A program made the translations under genes and the position numbers. From the NCBI RefSeq assembly GCF_009914755.1, contig NC_060948.1: a stretch of 64,000 nt of DNA. The stretch is one strand, 5' to 3'. Position 1 is the first letter of the stretch. Every line of letters begins with the position of its first letter. Under the pieces are notes generated by a model. That model ran no database searches. It was not told the origin of the DNA and worked only from the letters and a program-made list of their open reading frames with translations. This document shows positions 21,476-40,816 of this stretch, one piece after another. The stretch is from the human T2T-CHM13v2.0 reference genome, Homo sapiens.

Positions 21476-23580
21476 AGATCCATATTTTTTAAATGAAAAA
21501 AAATTTCAAAGGTACTCTGCTTGGTACAATAATCAAATGTATAAACTGAGGAATAAAACATAACCATGAAACCTACTTATGACAGCATATGGAAAATGCA
21601 GAGGATAATTTTTTAAATAACATATTTTGAAAGCCTTACCTAGTAATTTGAAGAGTTGGCATTTGAAAGGCCAGTATGAATATACCTTCAAAGCAGCAAC
21701 ACAGGTTCCCCATGAGAAAAATCAAACTCAGGGAAAATAAAACCACAAAGGTTCAATCTCTTCTGACCTTTGAAAGACACAGCACAGACAGTGGTCCTTA
21801 GGACGAAGAGCAGGAGACCCCTAATTCCGTCACCATGGCGATAGGGCATAAACATTGCTGGGTGAGGGCACAATCCACATTGTGAGGTCCAACTGCTGCC
21901 AGGAAGACAGGAGTGCTTTTACATAGACCGAAAGGTCATTAAAGGCTCAGAGTTTTGTTTCAAGCACTGAATCCCAAGCCCACACGTTATTAGGCTGCGC
22001 TTCTTAAAACAAGTTATGAGATGGGAAAAAGGGCACCCACAAACATACGTATATATTATGTATATAATAATATACAGTATCATATATATAATATATATAA
22101 CTTATGTATAATATTGTTTTACATCCTGCATCTTCTGTTATATATATTGTATAAAATATAATAATTGATAATATATAAGTTTTATATATATACAATATGA
22201 CATATAGTATATATTATAATTTATGACATATATAATATATGTTATGTATCATATATAGAATATATTATACGGTTAATATACGTATTAAATATAAATTATA
22301 CATTATATATATTATATATAATATATCTGTTATATATAATACCCATTATGCATAATATATATATTATGTCTATGTTATATATAGTATAAAACAACACATA
22401 ATAATATACAATTGTATATATAAAATGCGACATATAATATATATTATATTTTATGACATATGTAATATATATTATATATTATATATAATACGTTGTAGGT
22501 ATAATTCCTATATTAAATATATATTATAGGACTATGTTATTAATTACATGTCACATATGTTATATATTATATATTTTACATAGAATATACCGGTTACATA
22601 CAATATATACTATGTTACCTATAATGTATAATTTATTACATGTAAAATAAAGATTGCAATATACTATGTATAATTTATAGTATACAATATGTGGATTGTG
22701 ATATATATAACATATAATATATGATATATGATATACAGTATATGATATATAACATACAATATATGATACCTAATATATATGGTATACAATATATATTTTA
22801 TGATATGTATTCTCTATGTTTTATATTCTGTTATATATAACTATTTGAAATTATATATAACTGTATAATATTTTATGTAAATATGTAATATAATATATAT
22901 AACTATATAATATATTATATATAACTATATATTATGTTATATATAGTTTTATAACATAATTTACATAAAATATCATAATATAATATATATTATATTATTT
23001 CATATTACATAATATATATTACATATCACCCAATATAAGTAACATACATAATATTATAATATAGATTATATTATGTTATATTAAATATCATATATATCAT
23101 GTATCATATATTCTATAATATATATTACACATTATATAATATGTATGTTGTCTATTATGTGATATATAGAACTATATATATAATTATATTATTATACATA
23201 TAACTACATAAACATGTAATTCTACATATTTTCATTTATAATATATAGAATTATATAATCATATATAATTATTTATATTCTATAAAAAATTATATCATTA
23301 TATAAATTATAATATATAAAAATTATAATATGTTTTACAAATATATATATTATATATCATATATGATATAGTACCTTTGTTATATATCATAATACATATA
23401 AATGTGTATTATGTTATCTATAATTATATAAATTCATATATAAGATGTATAATATGTATCATATATTATATATGTTATGTAATATATATAGTATATATAA
23501 GCTGACACAGGATAAATATTATATACTATGACATATAAAATATATGAGGTTATATGTTACATATAAGGCATAGCACATAA

Positions 23581-23895
<315 letters not shown>

Positions 23896-26007
23896 AGATC
23901 CATATTTTTTAAATGAAAAAAAATTTCAAAGGTACTCTGCTTGGTACAATAATCAAATGTATAAACTGAGGAATAAAACATAACCATGAAACCTACTTAT
24001 AACTGCATGTGGAAAATACAGAGGATAATTTTTTAAATAACATATTTTGAAAGCCTTAACTAGTAATTTGAAGAGTTGGCATTTGAAAGGCCAGTATGAA
24101 TATACCTTCAAAGCAGCAACACAGGTTCCCCATGAGGAAAAGCAAACTCAGGGAAAATAAAACCACAAAGGTTCAATCTCTTCTGACCTTTGAAAGACAC
24201 AGCACAGACAGTGGTCCTTAGGACGAAGAGCAGGAGACCCCTAATTCCGTCACCATGGCGATAGGGCATAAACATTGCTGGGTGAGGGCACAATCCACAT
24301 TGTGAGGTCCAACTGCTGCCAGGAAGACAGGACTGCTTTTACATAGACCGAAAGGTCATTGAAGGCTCAGAGTTTTGTTTCAAGAACTGAATCCCAAGCC
24401 CACACGTTATTAGGCTGCGCTTCTTAAAACAGGTTATGAGATGGGAAAAAGGGCACCCACAAACATACGTATACATTATGTATATAATAATATACAGTAT
24501 CATATATATAATATATATAACCTATGTATAATATTGTTTTACATCCTGCATCTTATGTTATATATATTGTATAAAATATAATAATTGATAATATATAAGT
24601 ATTATATTTATACAATATGGCATATAGTATATATTATAATTTATGACATATATAATATATGTTATATATCATATATATAATATATTATATGGTTAATATA
24701 CGTATTAAATATAAATTTTACATTATATATATTATATAAAATATATCTGATATATATAATACCCATTATGCATAATATATATATTATGTCTATGTTATAT
24801 ATAGTATAAAACAACACATAATAATATATAATTCTATATATAAAATGCGACATATAATATATATTATATTTTACGACATATGTAATATATATTATATATT
24901 ATATATAATACGTTGTAGGTATAATTCCTATATTAAATATATATTATAGGACTATGTTATTAATTACATGTCACATATGTTATATATTATATATTTTACA
25001 TAGAATATACCGGTTACATACAATATATACTATGTTACCTATAATGTATAATTTATTACATGTAAAATAAAGATTGCAATATATTATGTATAATTTATAG
25101 TATACAATATGTGGATTGTGATATATATAACATATAATATATGATATATGATATACAGTATATGATATATAACATGCAATATATGATACCTAATATATAT
25201 GGTATACAATATATATTTTATGATATGTATTCTATATGTTTTATATTCTGTTATATATAACTATTTGAAATTATATATAACTGTATAATATTTTATGTAA
25301 ATATGTAATATAATATATATAACTATATAATATATTATATATAACTATATATTATGTTATATATAGTTTTATAACATAATTTACATAAAATATCATAATA
25401 TAATATATATTATATTATTTCATATTACATAATATATATTACATATCACCCAATATAAGTAACATACATAATATTATAATATAGATTATATTATGTTATA
25501 TTAAATATCATATATATCATGTATCATATATTCTATAATATATATTACACATTATATAATATGTATGTTGTCTATTATGTGATATATAGAACTATATATA
25601 TAATTATATTATTATACATATAACTACATAAACATGTAATTCTAAATATTTTCATTTATAATATATAGAATTATATAATCATATATAATTATTTATATTC
25701 TATAAAAAATTATATCATTATATAAATTATAATATATAAAAATTATAATATGTACTACAAATATATATATTATATATCATATATGATATAGTACCTTTGT
25801 TATATATCATAATACATATAAATGTGTATTATGTTATCTATAATTATATAAATTCATATATAAGATGTATAATATGTATCATATATTATATATGTTATGT
25901 AATATATATAGTATATATAAGCTGACACAGGATAAATATTATATACTATGACATATAAAATATATGAGGTTATATGTTACATATAAGGCATAGCACATAA
26001 CATGTAA

Positions 26008-26314
<307 letters not shown>

Positions 26315-28415
26315 AGATCCATATTTTTTAAATGAAAAAAAATTTCAAAGGTACTCTGCTTGGTACAATAATCAAATGTATAAACTGAGGAATAAAACAT
26401 AACCATGAAACCTACTTATAACTGCATATGGAAAATACAGAGGATAATTTTTTAAATAACATATTTTGAAAGCCTTAACTAGTAATTTGAAGAGTTGGTA
26501 TTTGAAAGGCCAGTATGAATATACCTTCAAAGCAGCAACACAGGTTCCCCATGAGGAAAAGCAAACTCAGGGAAAATAAAACCACAAAGGTTCAATCTCT
26601 TCTGACCTTTGAAAGACACAGCACAGACAGTGGTCCTTAGGACGAAGAGCAGGAGACCCCTAATTCCGTCACCATGGCGATAGGGCATAAACATTGCTGG
26701 GTGAGGGCACAATCCACATTGTGAGGTCCAACTGCTGCCAGGAAGACAGGAGTGCTTTTACATAGACCGAAAGGTCATTGAAGGCTCAGAGTTTTGTTTC
26801 AAGAACTGAATCCCAAGCCCACACGTTATTAGGCTGCGCTTCTTAAAACAGGTTATGAGATGGGAAAAAGGGCACCCACAAACATACGTATACATTATGT
26901 ATATAATAATATACAGTATCATATATATAATATATATAACCTATGTATAATATTGTTTTACATCCTGCATCTTATGTTATATATATTGTATAAAATATAA
27001 TAATTGATAATATATAAGTATTATATTTATACAATATGGCATATAGTATATATTATAATTTATGACATATATAATATATGTTATATATCATATATAGAAT
27101 ATATTATACGGTTAATATACGTATTAAATATAAATTTTACATTATATATATTATATATAATATATCTGATATATATAATACCCATTATGCATAATATATA
27201 TATTATGTCTATGTTATATATAGTATAAAACAACACATAATAATATAAAATTGTATATATAAAATGCGACATATAATATATATTATATTTTACGACATAT
27301 GTAATATATATTATATATTATATATAATACGTTGTAGGTATAATTCCTATATTAAATATATATTATAGGACTATGTTATTAATTACATGTCACATATGTT
27401 ATATATTATATATTTTACATAGAATATACCGGTTACATACAATATATACTATGTTACCTATAATGTATAATTTATTACATGTAAAATAAAGAATGCAATA
27501 TATTATGTATAATTTATAATATACAATATGTGGAATGTGATATATATAACATATAATATATGATATATGATATACAGTATATGATATATAACATACAATG
27601 TATGATACCTAATATATATGGTATACAATATATATTTTATGATATGTATTCTATATGTTTTATATTCTGATATATATAACTATTTGAAATTATATATAAC
27701 TGTATAATATTTTATGTAAATATGTAATATAATATATAACTATATAATATATTATATATAACTATATATTATGTTATATATACTTTTATAACATAATTTA
27801 CATAAAATATCATAATATAATATATATTATATTATTTCATATTACATAATATATATTACATATCACCCAATATAAGTAACATACATAATATTATAATATA
27901 GATTATATTATGTTATATTAAATATCATATATATCATGTATCATATATTCTATAGTATATATGATACATTATATAATATGTATGTTGTCTATTATGTGAT
28001 ATATATAACTATATATAATTATATTATTATACATATTACTAGATAAACATGTAATTCTACATATTTTCATTTATAATATATAGAATTATATAATCATATA
28101 TAATTATTTATATTCTATAAAAAATTATATCATTATATAAATTATAATATATAAAAATTATAATATGTACTACAAATATATATATTATATATCATATATG
28201 ATATAGTACCTTTGTTATATATCATAATACATATAAATGTGTATTATGTTATCTATAATTATATAATTTCATATATAAGATGTATAATATGTATCATATA
28301 TTATATATGTTATGTAATATATATAGTATATATAAGATGACACAGGATAAATATTATATACTATGACATATAAAATATATGAGGTTATATGTTACATATA
28401 AGGCATAGCACATAA

Positions 28416-28730
<315 letters not shown>

Positions 28731-30835
28731 AGATCCATATTTTTTAAATGAAAAAAAATTTCAAAGGTACTCTGCTTGGTACAATAATCAAATGTATAAA
28801 CTGAGGAATAAAACATAACCATGAAACCTACTTATAACTGCATGTGGAAAATACAGAGGATAATTTTTTAAATAACATATTTTGAAAGCCTTAACTAGTA
28901 ATTTGAAGAGTTGGCATTTGAAAGGCCAGTATGAATATACCTTCAAAGCAGCAACACAGGTTCCCCATGAGGAAAAGCAAACTCAGGGAAAATAAAACCA
29001 CAAAGGTTCAATCTCTTCTGACCTTTGAAAGACACAGCACAGACAGTGGTCCTTAGGACGAAGAGCAGGAGACCCCTAATTCCGTCACCATGGCGATAGG
29101 GCATAAACATTGCTGGGTGAGGGCACAATCCACATTGTGAGGTCCAACTGCTGCCAGGAAGACAGGACTGCTTTTACATAGACCGAAAGGTCATTGAAGG
29201 CTCAGAGTTTTGTTTCAAGAACTGAATCCCAAGCCCACACGTTATTAGGCTGCGCTTCTTAAAACAGGTTATGAGATGGGAAAAAGGGCACCCACAAACA
29301 TACGTATACATTATGTATATAATAATATACAGTATCATATATATAATATATATAACCTATGTATAATATTGTTTTACATCCTGCATCTTATGTTATATAT
29401 ATTGTATAAAATATAATAATTGATAATATATAAGTATTATATTTATACAATATGGCATATAGTATATATTATAATTTATGACATATATAATATATGTTAT
29501 ATATCATATATATAATATATTATATGGTTAATATACGTATTAAATATAAATTTTACATTATATATATTATATAAAATATATCTGATATATATAATACCCA
29601 TTATGCATAATATATATATTATGTCTATGTTATATATAGTATAAAACAACACATAATAATATATAATTCTATATATAAAATGCGACATATAATATATATT
29701 ATATTTTACGACATATGTAATATATATTATATATTATATATAATACGTTGTAGGTATAATTCCTATATTAAATATATATTATAGGACTATGTTATTAATT
29801 ACATGTCACATATGTTATATATTATATATTTTACATAGAATATACCGGTTACATACAATATATACTATGTTACCTATAATGTATAATTTATTACATGTAA
29901 AATAAAGATTGCAATATATTATGTATAATTTATAGTATACAATATGTGGATTGTGATATATATAACATATAATATATGATATATGATATACAGTATATGA
30001 TATATAACATGCAATATATGATACCTAATATATATGGTATACAATATATATTTTATGATATGTATTCTATATGTTTTATATTCTGTTATATATAACTATT
30101 TGAAATTATATATAACTGTATAATATTTTATGTAAATATGTAATATAATATATATAACTATATAATATATTATATATAACTATATATTATGTTATATATA
30201 GTTTTATAACATAATTTACATAAAATATCATAATATAATATATATTATATTATTTCATATTACATAATATATATTACATATCACCCAATATAAGTAACAT
30301 ACATAATATTATAATATAGATTATATTATGTTATATTAAATATCATATATATCATGTATCATATATTCTATAATATATATTACACATTATATAATATGTA
30401 TGTTGTCTATTATGTGATATATAGAACTATATATATAATTATATTATTATACATATAACTACATAAACATGTAATTCTAAATATTTTCATTTATAATATA
30501 TAGAATTATATAATCATATATAATTATTTATATTCTATAAAAAATTATATCATTATATAAATTATAATATATAAAAATTATAATATGTACTACAAATATA
30601 TATATTATATATCATATATGATATAGTACCTTTGTTATATATCATAATACATATAAATGTGTATTATGTTATCTATAATTATATAAATTCATATATAAGA
30701 TGTATAATATGTATCATATATTATATATGTTATGTAATATATATAGTATATATAAGCTGACACAGGATAAATATTATATACTATGACATATAAAATATAT
30801 GAGGTTATATGTTACATATAAGGCATAGCACATAA

Positions 30836-31150
<315 letters not shown>

Positions 31151-33255
31151 AGATCCATATTTTTTAAATGAAAAAAAATTTCAAAGGTACTCTGCTTGGT
31201 ACAATAATCAAATGTATAAACTGAGGAATAAAACATAACCATGAAACCTACTTATAACTGCATATGGAAAATACAGAGGATAATTTTTTAAATAACATAT
31301 TTTGAAAGCCTTAACTAGTAATTTGAAGAGTTGGTATTTGAAAGGCCAGTATGAATATACCTTCAAAGCAGCAACACAGGTTCCCCATGAGGAAAAGCAA
31401 ACTCAGGGAAAATAAAACCACAAAGGTTCAATCTCTTCTGACCTTTGAAACACACAGCACAGACAGTGGTCCTTAGGACGAAGAGCAGGAGACCCCTAAT
31501 TCCGTCACCATGGCGATAGGGCATAAACATTGCTGGGTGAGGGCACAATCCACATTGTGAGGTCCAACTGCTGCCAGGAAGACAGGACTGCTTTTACATA
31601 GACCGAAAGGTCATTGAAGGCTCAGAGTTTTGTTTCAAGAACTGAATCCCAAGCCCACACGTTATTAGGCTGCGCTTCTTAAAACAGGTTATGAGATGGG
31701 AAAAAGGGCACCCACAAACATACGTATACATTATGTATATAATAATATACAGTATCATATATATAATATATATAACCTATGTATAATATTGTTTTACATC
31801 CTGCATCTTATGTTATATATATTGTATAAAATATAATAATTGATAATATATAAGTATTATATTTATACAATATGGCATATAGTATATATTATAATTTATG
31901 ACATATATAATATATGTTATATATCATATATATAATATATTATATGGTTAATATACGTATTAAATATAAATTTTACATTATATATATTATATAAAATATA
32001 TCTGATATATATAATACCCATTATGCATAATATATATATTATGTCTATGTTATATATAGTATAAAACAACACATAATAATATATAATTCTATATATAAAA
32101 TGCGACATATAATATATATTATATTTTACGACATATGTAATATATATTATATATTATATATAATACGTTGTAGGTATAATTCCTATATTAAATATATATT
32201 ATAGGACTATGTTATTAATTACATGTCACATATGTTATATATTATATATTTTACATACAATATACCGGTTACATACAATATATACTATGTTACCTATAAT
32301 GTATAATTTATTACATGTAAAATAAAGATTGCAATATATTATGTATAATTTATAGTATACAATATGTGGATTGTGATATATATAACATATAATATATGAT
32401 ATATGATATACAGTATATGATATATAACATGCAATATATGATACCTAATATATATGGTATACAATATATATTTTATGATATGTATTCTATATGTTTTATA
32501 TTCTGTTATATATAACTATTTGAAATTATATATAACTGTATAATATTTTATGTAAATATGTAATATAATATATATAACTATATAATATATTATATATAAC
32601 TATATATTATGTTATATATAGTTTTATAACATAATTTACATAAAAAATCATAATATAATATATATTATATTATTTCATATTACATAATATATATTACATA
32701 TCACCCAATATAAGTAACATACATAATATTATAATATAGATTATATTATGTTATATTAAATATCATATATATCATGTATCATATATTCTATAATATATAT
32801 TACACATTATATAATATGTATGTTGTCTATTATGTGATATATAGAACTATATATATAATTATATTATTATACATATAACTACATAAACATGTAATTCTAA
32901 ATATTTTCATTTATAATATATAGAATTATATAATCATATATAATTATTTATATTCTATAAAAAATTATATCATTATATAAATTATAATATATAAAAATTA
33001 TAATATGTTCTACAAATATATATATTATATATCATATATGATATAGTACCTTTGTTATATATCATAATACATATAAATGTGTATTATGTTATCTATGATT
33101 ATATAAATTCATATATAAGATGTATAATATGTATCATATATTATATATGTTATGTAATATATATAGTATATATAAGCTGACACAGGATAAATATTATATA
33201 CTATGACATATAAAATATATGAGGTTATATGTTACATATAAGGCATAGCACATAA

Positions 33256-33570
<315 letters not shown>

Positions 33571-35671
33571 AGATCCATATTTTTTAAATGAAAAAAAATT
33601 TCAAAGGTACTCTGCTTGGTACAATAATCAAATGTATAAACTGAGGAATAAAACATAACCATGAAACCTACTTATAACTGCATATGGAAAATACAGAGGA
33701 TAATTTTTTAAATAACATATTTTGAAAGCCTTAACTAGTAATTTGAAGAGTTGGTATTTGAAAGGCCAGTATGAATATACCTTCAAAGCAGCAACACAGG
33801 TTCCCCATGAGGAAAAGCAAACTCAGGGAAAATAAAACCACAAAGGTTCAATCTCTTCTGACCTTTGAAAGACACAGCACAGACAGTGGTCCTTAGGACG
33901 AAGAGCAGGAGACCCCTAATTCCGTCACCATGGCGATAGGGCATAAACATTGCTGGGTGAGGGCACAATCCACATTGTGAGGTCCAACTGCTGCCAGGAA
34001 GACAGGAGTGCTTTTACATAGACCGAAAGGTCATTGAAGGCTCAGAGTTTTGTTTCAAGAACTGAATCCCAAGCCCACACGTTATTAGGCTGCGCTTCTT
34101 AAAACAGGTTATGAGATGGGAAAAAGGGCACCCACAAACATACGTATACATTATGTATATAATAATATACAGTATCATATATATAATATATATAACCTAT
34201 GTATAATATTGTTTTACATCCTGCATCTTATGTTATATATATTGTATAAAATATAATAATTGATAATATATAAGTATTATATTTATACAATATGGCATAT
34301 AGTATATATTATAATTTATGACATATATAATATATGTTATATATCATATATAGAATATATTATATGGTTAATATACGTATTAAATATAAATTTTACATTA
34401 TATATATTATATATAATATATCTGATATATATAATACCCATTATGCATAATATATATATTATGTCTATGTTATATATAGTATAAAACAACACATAATAAT
34501 ATATAATTGTATATATAAAATGCGACATATAATATATATTATATTTTACGACATATGTAATATATATTATATATTATATATAATACGTTGTAGGTATAAT
34601 TCCTATATTAAATATATATTATAGGACTATGTTATTAATTACATGTCACATATGTTATATATTATATATTTTACATAGAATATACCGGTTACATACAATA
34701 TATACTATGTTACCTATAATGTATAATTTATTACATGTAAAATAAAGAATGCAATATATTATGTATAATTTATAATATACAATATGTGGAATGTGATATA
34801 TATAACATATAATATATGATATATGATATACAGTATATGATATATAACATACAATGTATGATACCTAATATATATGGTATACAATATATATTTTATGATA
34901 TGTATTCTATATGTTTTATATTCTGTTATATATAACTATTTGAAATTATATATAACTGTATAATATTTTATGTAAATATGTAATATAATATATAACTATA
35001 TAATATATTATATATAACTATATATTATGTTATATATACTTTTATAACATAATTTACATAAAATATCATAATATAATATATATTATATTATTTCATATTA
35101 CATAATATATATTACATATCACCCAATATAAGTAACATACATAATATTATAATATAGATTATATTATGTTATATTAAATATCATATATATCATGTATCAT
35201 ATATTCTATAGTATATATGATACATTATATAATATGTATGTTGTCTATTATGTGATATATATAACTATATATAATTATATTATTATACATATTACTAGAT
35301 AAACATGTAATTCTACATATTTTCATTTATAATATATAGAATTATATAATCATATATAATTATTTATATTCTATAAAAAATTATATCATTATATAAATTA
35401 TAATATATAAAAATTATAATATGTACTACAAATATATATATTATATATCATATATGATATAGTACCTTTGTTATATATCATAATACATATAAATGTGTAT
35501 TATGTTATCTATAATTATATAATTTCATATATAAGATGTATAATATGTATTATATATTATATATGTTATGTAATATATATAGTATATATAAGATGACACA
35601 GGATAAATATTATATACTATGACATATAAAATATATGAGGTTATATGTTACATATAAGGCATAGCACATAA

Positions 35672-35986
<315 letters not shown>

Positions 35987-38085
35987 AGATCCATATTTTT
36001 TAAATGAAAAAAAATTTCAAAGGTACTCTGCTTGGTACAATAATCAAATGTATAAACTGAGGAATAAAACATAACCATGAAACCTACTTATAACTGCATA
36101 TGGAAAATACAGAGGATAATTTTTTAAATAACATATTTTGAAAGCCTTAACTAGTAATTTGAAGAGTTGGCATTTGAAAGGCCAGTATGAATATACCTTC
36201 AAAGCAGCAACACAGGTTCCCCATGAGAAAAAGCAAACTCAGGGAAAATAAAACCACAAAGGTTCAATCTCTTCTGACCTTTGAAAGACACAGCACAGAC
36301 AGTGGTCCTTAGGACGAAGAGCAGGAGACCCCTAATTCCGTCACCATGGCGATAGGGCATAAACATTGCTGGGTGAGGGCACAATCCACATTGTGAGGTC
36401 CAACTGCTGCCAGGAAGACAGGAGTGCTTTTACATAGACCGAAAGGTCATTGAAGGCTCAGAGTTTTGTTTCAAGAACTGAATCCCAAGCCCACACGTTA
36501 TTAGGCTGCGCTTCTTAAAACAGGTTATGAGATGGGAAAAAGGGCACCCACAAACATACGTATACATTATGTATATAATAATATACAGTATCATATATAT
36601 AATATATATAACCTATGTATAATATTGTTTTACATCCTGCATCTTATGTTATATATATTGTATAAAATATAATAATTGATAATATATAAGTATTATATTT
36701 ATACAATATGGCATATAGTATATATTATAATTTATGACATATATAATATATGTTATATATCATATATAGAATATATTATACGGTTAATATACGTATTAAA
36801 TATAAATTTTACATTATATATATTATATATAATATATCTGATATATATAATACCCATTATGCATAATATATATATTATGTCTATGTTATATATAGTATAA
36901 AACAACACATAATAATATATAATTGTATATATAAAATGCGACATATAATATATATTATATTTTACGACATATGTAATATATATTATATATTATATATAAT
37001 ACGTTGTAGGTATAATTCCTATATTAAATATATATTATAGGACTATGTTATTAATTACATGTCACATATGTTATATATTATATATTTTACATAGAATATA
37101 CCGGTTACATACAATATATACTATGTTACCTATAATGTATAATTTATTACATGTAAAATAAAGAATGCAATATATTATGTATAATTTATAATATACAATA
37201 TGTGGAATGTGATATATATAACATATAATATATGATATATGATATACAGTATATGATATATAACATACAATGTATGATACCTAATATATATGGTATACAA
37301 TATATATTTTATGATATGTATTCTATATGTTTTATATTCTGATATATATAACTATTTGAAATTATATATAACTGTATAATATTTTATGTAAATATGTAAT
37401 ATAATATATAACTATATAATATATTATATATAACTATATATTATGTTATATATACTTTTATAACATAATTTACATAAAATATCATAATATAATATATATT
37501 ATATTATTTCATATTACATAATATATATTACATATCACCCAATATAAGTAACATACATAATATTATAATATAGATTATATTATGTTATATTAAATATCAT
37601 ATATATCATGTATCATATATTCTATAATATATATGATACATTATATAATATGTATGCTGTCTATTATGTGATATATATAACTATATATAATTATATTATT
37701 ATACATATTACTAGATAAACGTAATTCTACATATTTTCATTTATAATATATAGAATTATATAATCATATATAATTATTTATATTCTATAAAAAATTATAT
37801 CATTATATAAATTATAATATATAAAAATTATAATATGTACTACAAATATATATATTATATATCATATATGATATAGTACCTTTGTTATATATCATAATAC
37901 ATATAAATGTGTATTATGTTATCTATAATTATATAATTTCATATATAAGATGTATAATATGTATTATATATTATATATGTTATGTAATATATATAGTATA
38001 TATAAGATGACACAGGATAAATATTATATACTATGACATATAAAATATATGAGGTTATATGTTACATATAAGGCATAGCACATAA

Positions 38086-38400
<315 letters not shown>

Positions 38401-40501
38401 AGATCCATATTTTTTAAATGAAAAAAAATTTCAAAGGTACTCTGCTTGGTACAATAATCAAATGTATAAACTGAGGAATAAAACATAACCATGAAACCTA
38501 CTTATAACTGCATATGGAAAATACAGAGGATAATTTTTTAAATAACATATTTTGAAAGCCTTAACTAGTAATTTGAAGAGTTGGTATTTGAAAGGCCAGT
38601 ATGAATATACCTTCAAAGCAGCAACACAGGTTCCCCATGAGGAAAAGCAAACTCAGGGAAAATAAAACCACAAAGGTTCAATCTCTTCTGACCTTTGAAA
38701 GACACAGCACAGACAGTGGTCCTTAGGACGAAGAGCAGGAGACCCCTAATTCCGTCACCATGGCGATAGGGCATAAACATTGCTGGGTGAGGGCACAATC
38801 CACATTGTGAGGTCCAACTGCTGCCAGGAAGACAGGAGTGCTTTTACATAGACCGAAAGGTCATTGAAGGCTCAGAGTTTTGTTTCAAGAACTGAATCCC
38901 AAGCCCACAAGTTATTAGGCTGCGCTTCTTAAAACAAGTTATGAGATGGGAAAAAGGGCACCTACAAACATACGTATACATTATGTATATAATAATATAC
39001 AGTATCATATATATAATATATATAACCCATGTATAATATTGTTTTACATCCTGCATCTTATATTATATATATTGTATAAAATATAATAATTGATAATATA
39101 TAAATTTTATATTTATACAATATGACATATAGTATATATTATAATTTATTACATATATAATATATGTTATATATCATATATAGAATATATTATACGGTTA
39201 ATATACGTATTAAATATAAATTATACATTATATATATTATATATAATATATCTGCTATATATAATACCCATTGTGCATAATATATATATTATGTCTATGT
39301 TATATATAGTATAAAACAACATATAATAATATATAATTGTATATATAAAACGCGACATATAATATATATTATATTTTATGACATATGTAATATATATTAT
39401 ATATTATATATAATACGTTGTATGTATAATACCTATATTAAATATAAATTATATGACTATGTTATTAATTACATGTCACATATGTTATATATTATATATT
39501 TTACATAGAATATACCGGTTACATACAATATATACTATGTTACCTATAATGTATAATTGATTACATGTAAAATAAAGAATGCAATATATTATGTATAATT
39601 TATAATATACAATATGTGGAATGTGATATATATAACATATAATATATGATATATGATATACAGTATATGATATATAACATACAATATATGATACCTAATA
39701 TATATGGTATACAATATATATTTTATGATATGTATACTATATGTTTTATATTCTGTTATATATAACTATTTGAAATTATATATAACTGTATAATATTTTA
39801 TGTAAATATGTAATATAATATATAACTATATAATATATTATATATAACTATATATTATGTTATATATACTTTTATAACATAATTTACATAAAATATCATA
39901 ATATAATATATATTATATTATTTCATATTACATAATATATATTACATATCACCCAATATAAGTAACATACATAATATTATAATATAGATTATATTATGTT
40001 ATATTAAATATCATATATATCATGTATCATATATTCTATAATATATATGATACATTATATAATATGTATGTTGTCTATTATGTGATATATATAACTATAT
40101 ATAATTATATTATTATACATATTACTAGATAAACATGTAATTCTACATATTTTCATTTATAATATATAGAATTATATAATCATATATAATTATTTATATT
40201 CTATAAAAAATTATATCATTATATAAATTATAATATATAAAAATTATAATATGTACTACAAATATATATATTATATATCATATATGATATAGTACCTTTG
40301 TTATATATCATAATACATATAAATGTGTATTATGTTATCTATAATTATATAATTTCATATATAAGATGTATAATATGTATTATATATTATATATGTTATG
40401 TAATATATATAGTATATATAAGATGACACAGGATAAATATTATATACTATGACATATAAAATATATGAGGTTATATGTTACATATAAGGCATAGCACATA
40501 A

Positions 40502-40816
<315 letters not shown>

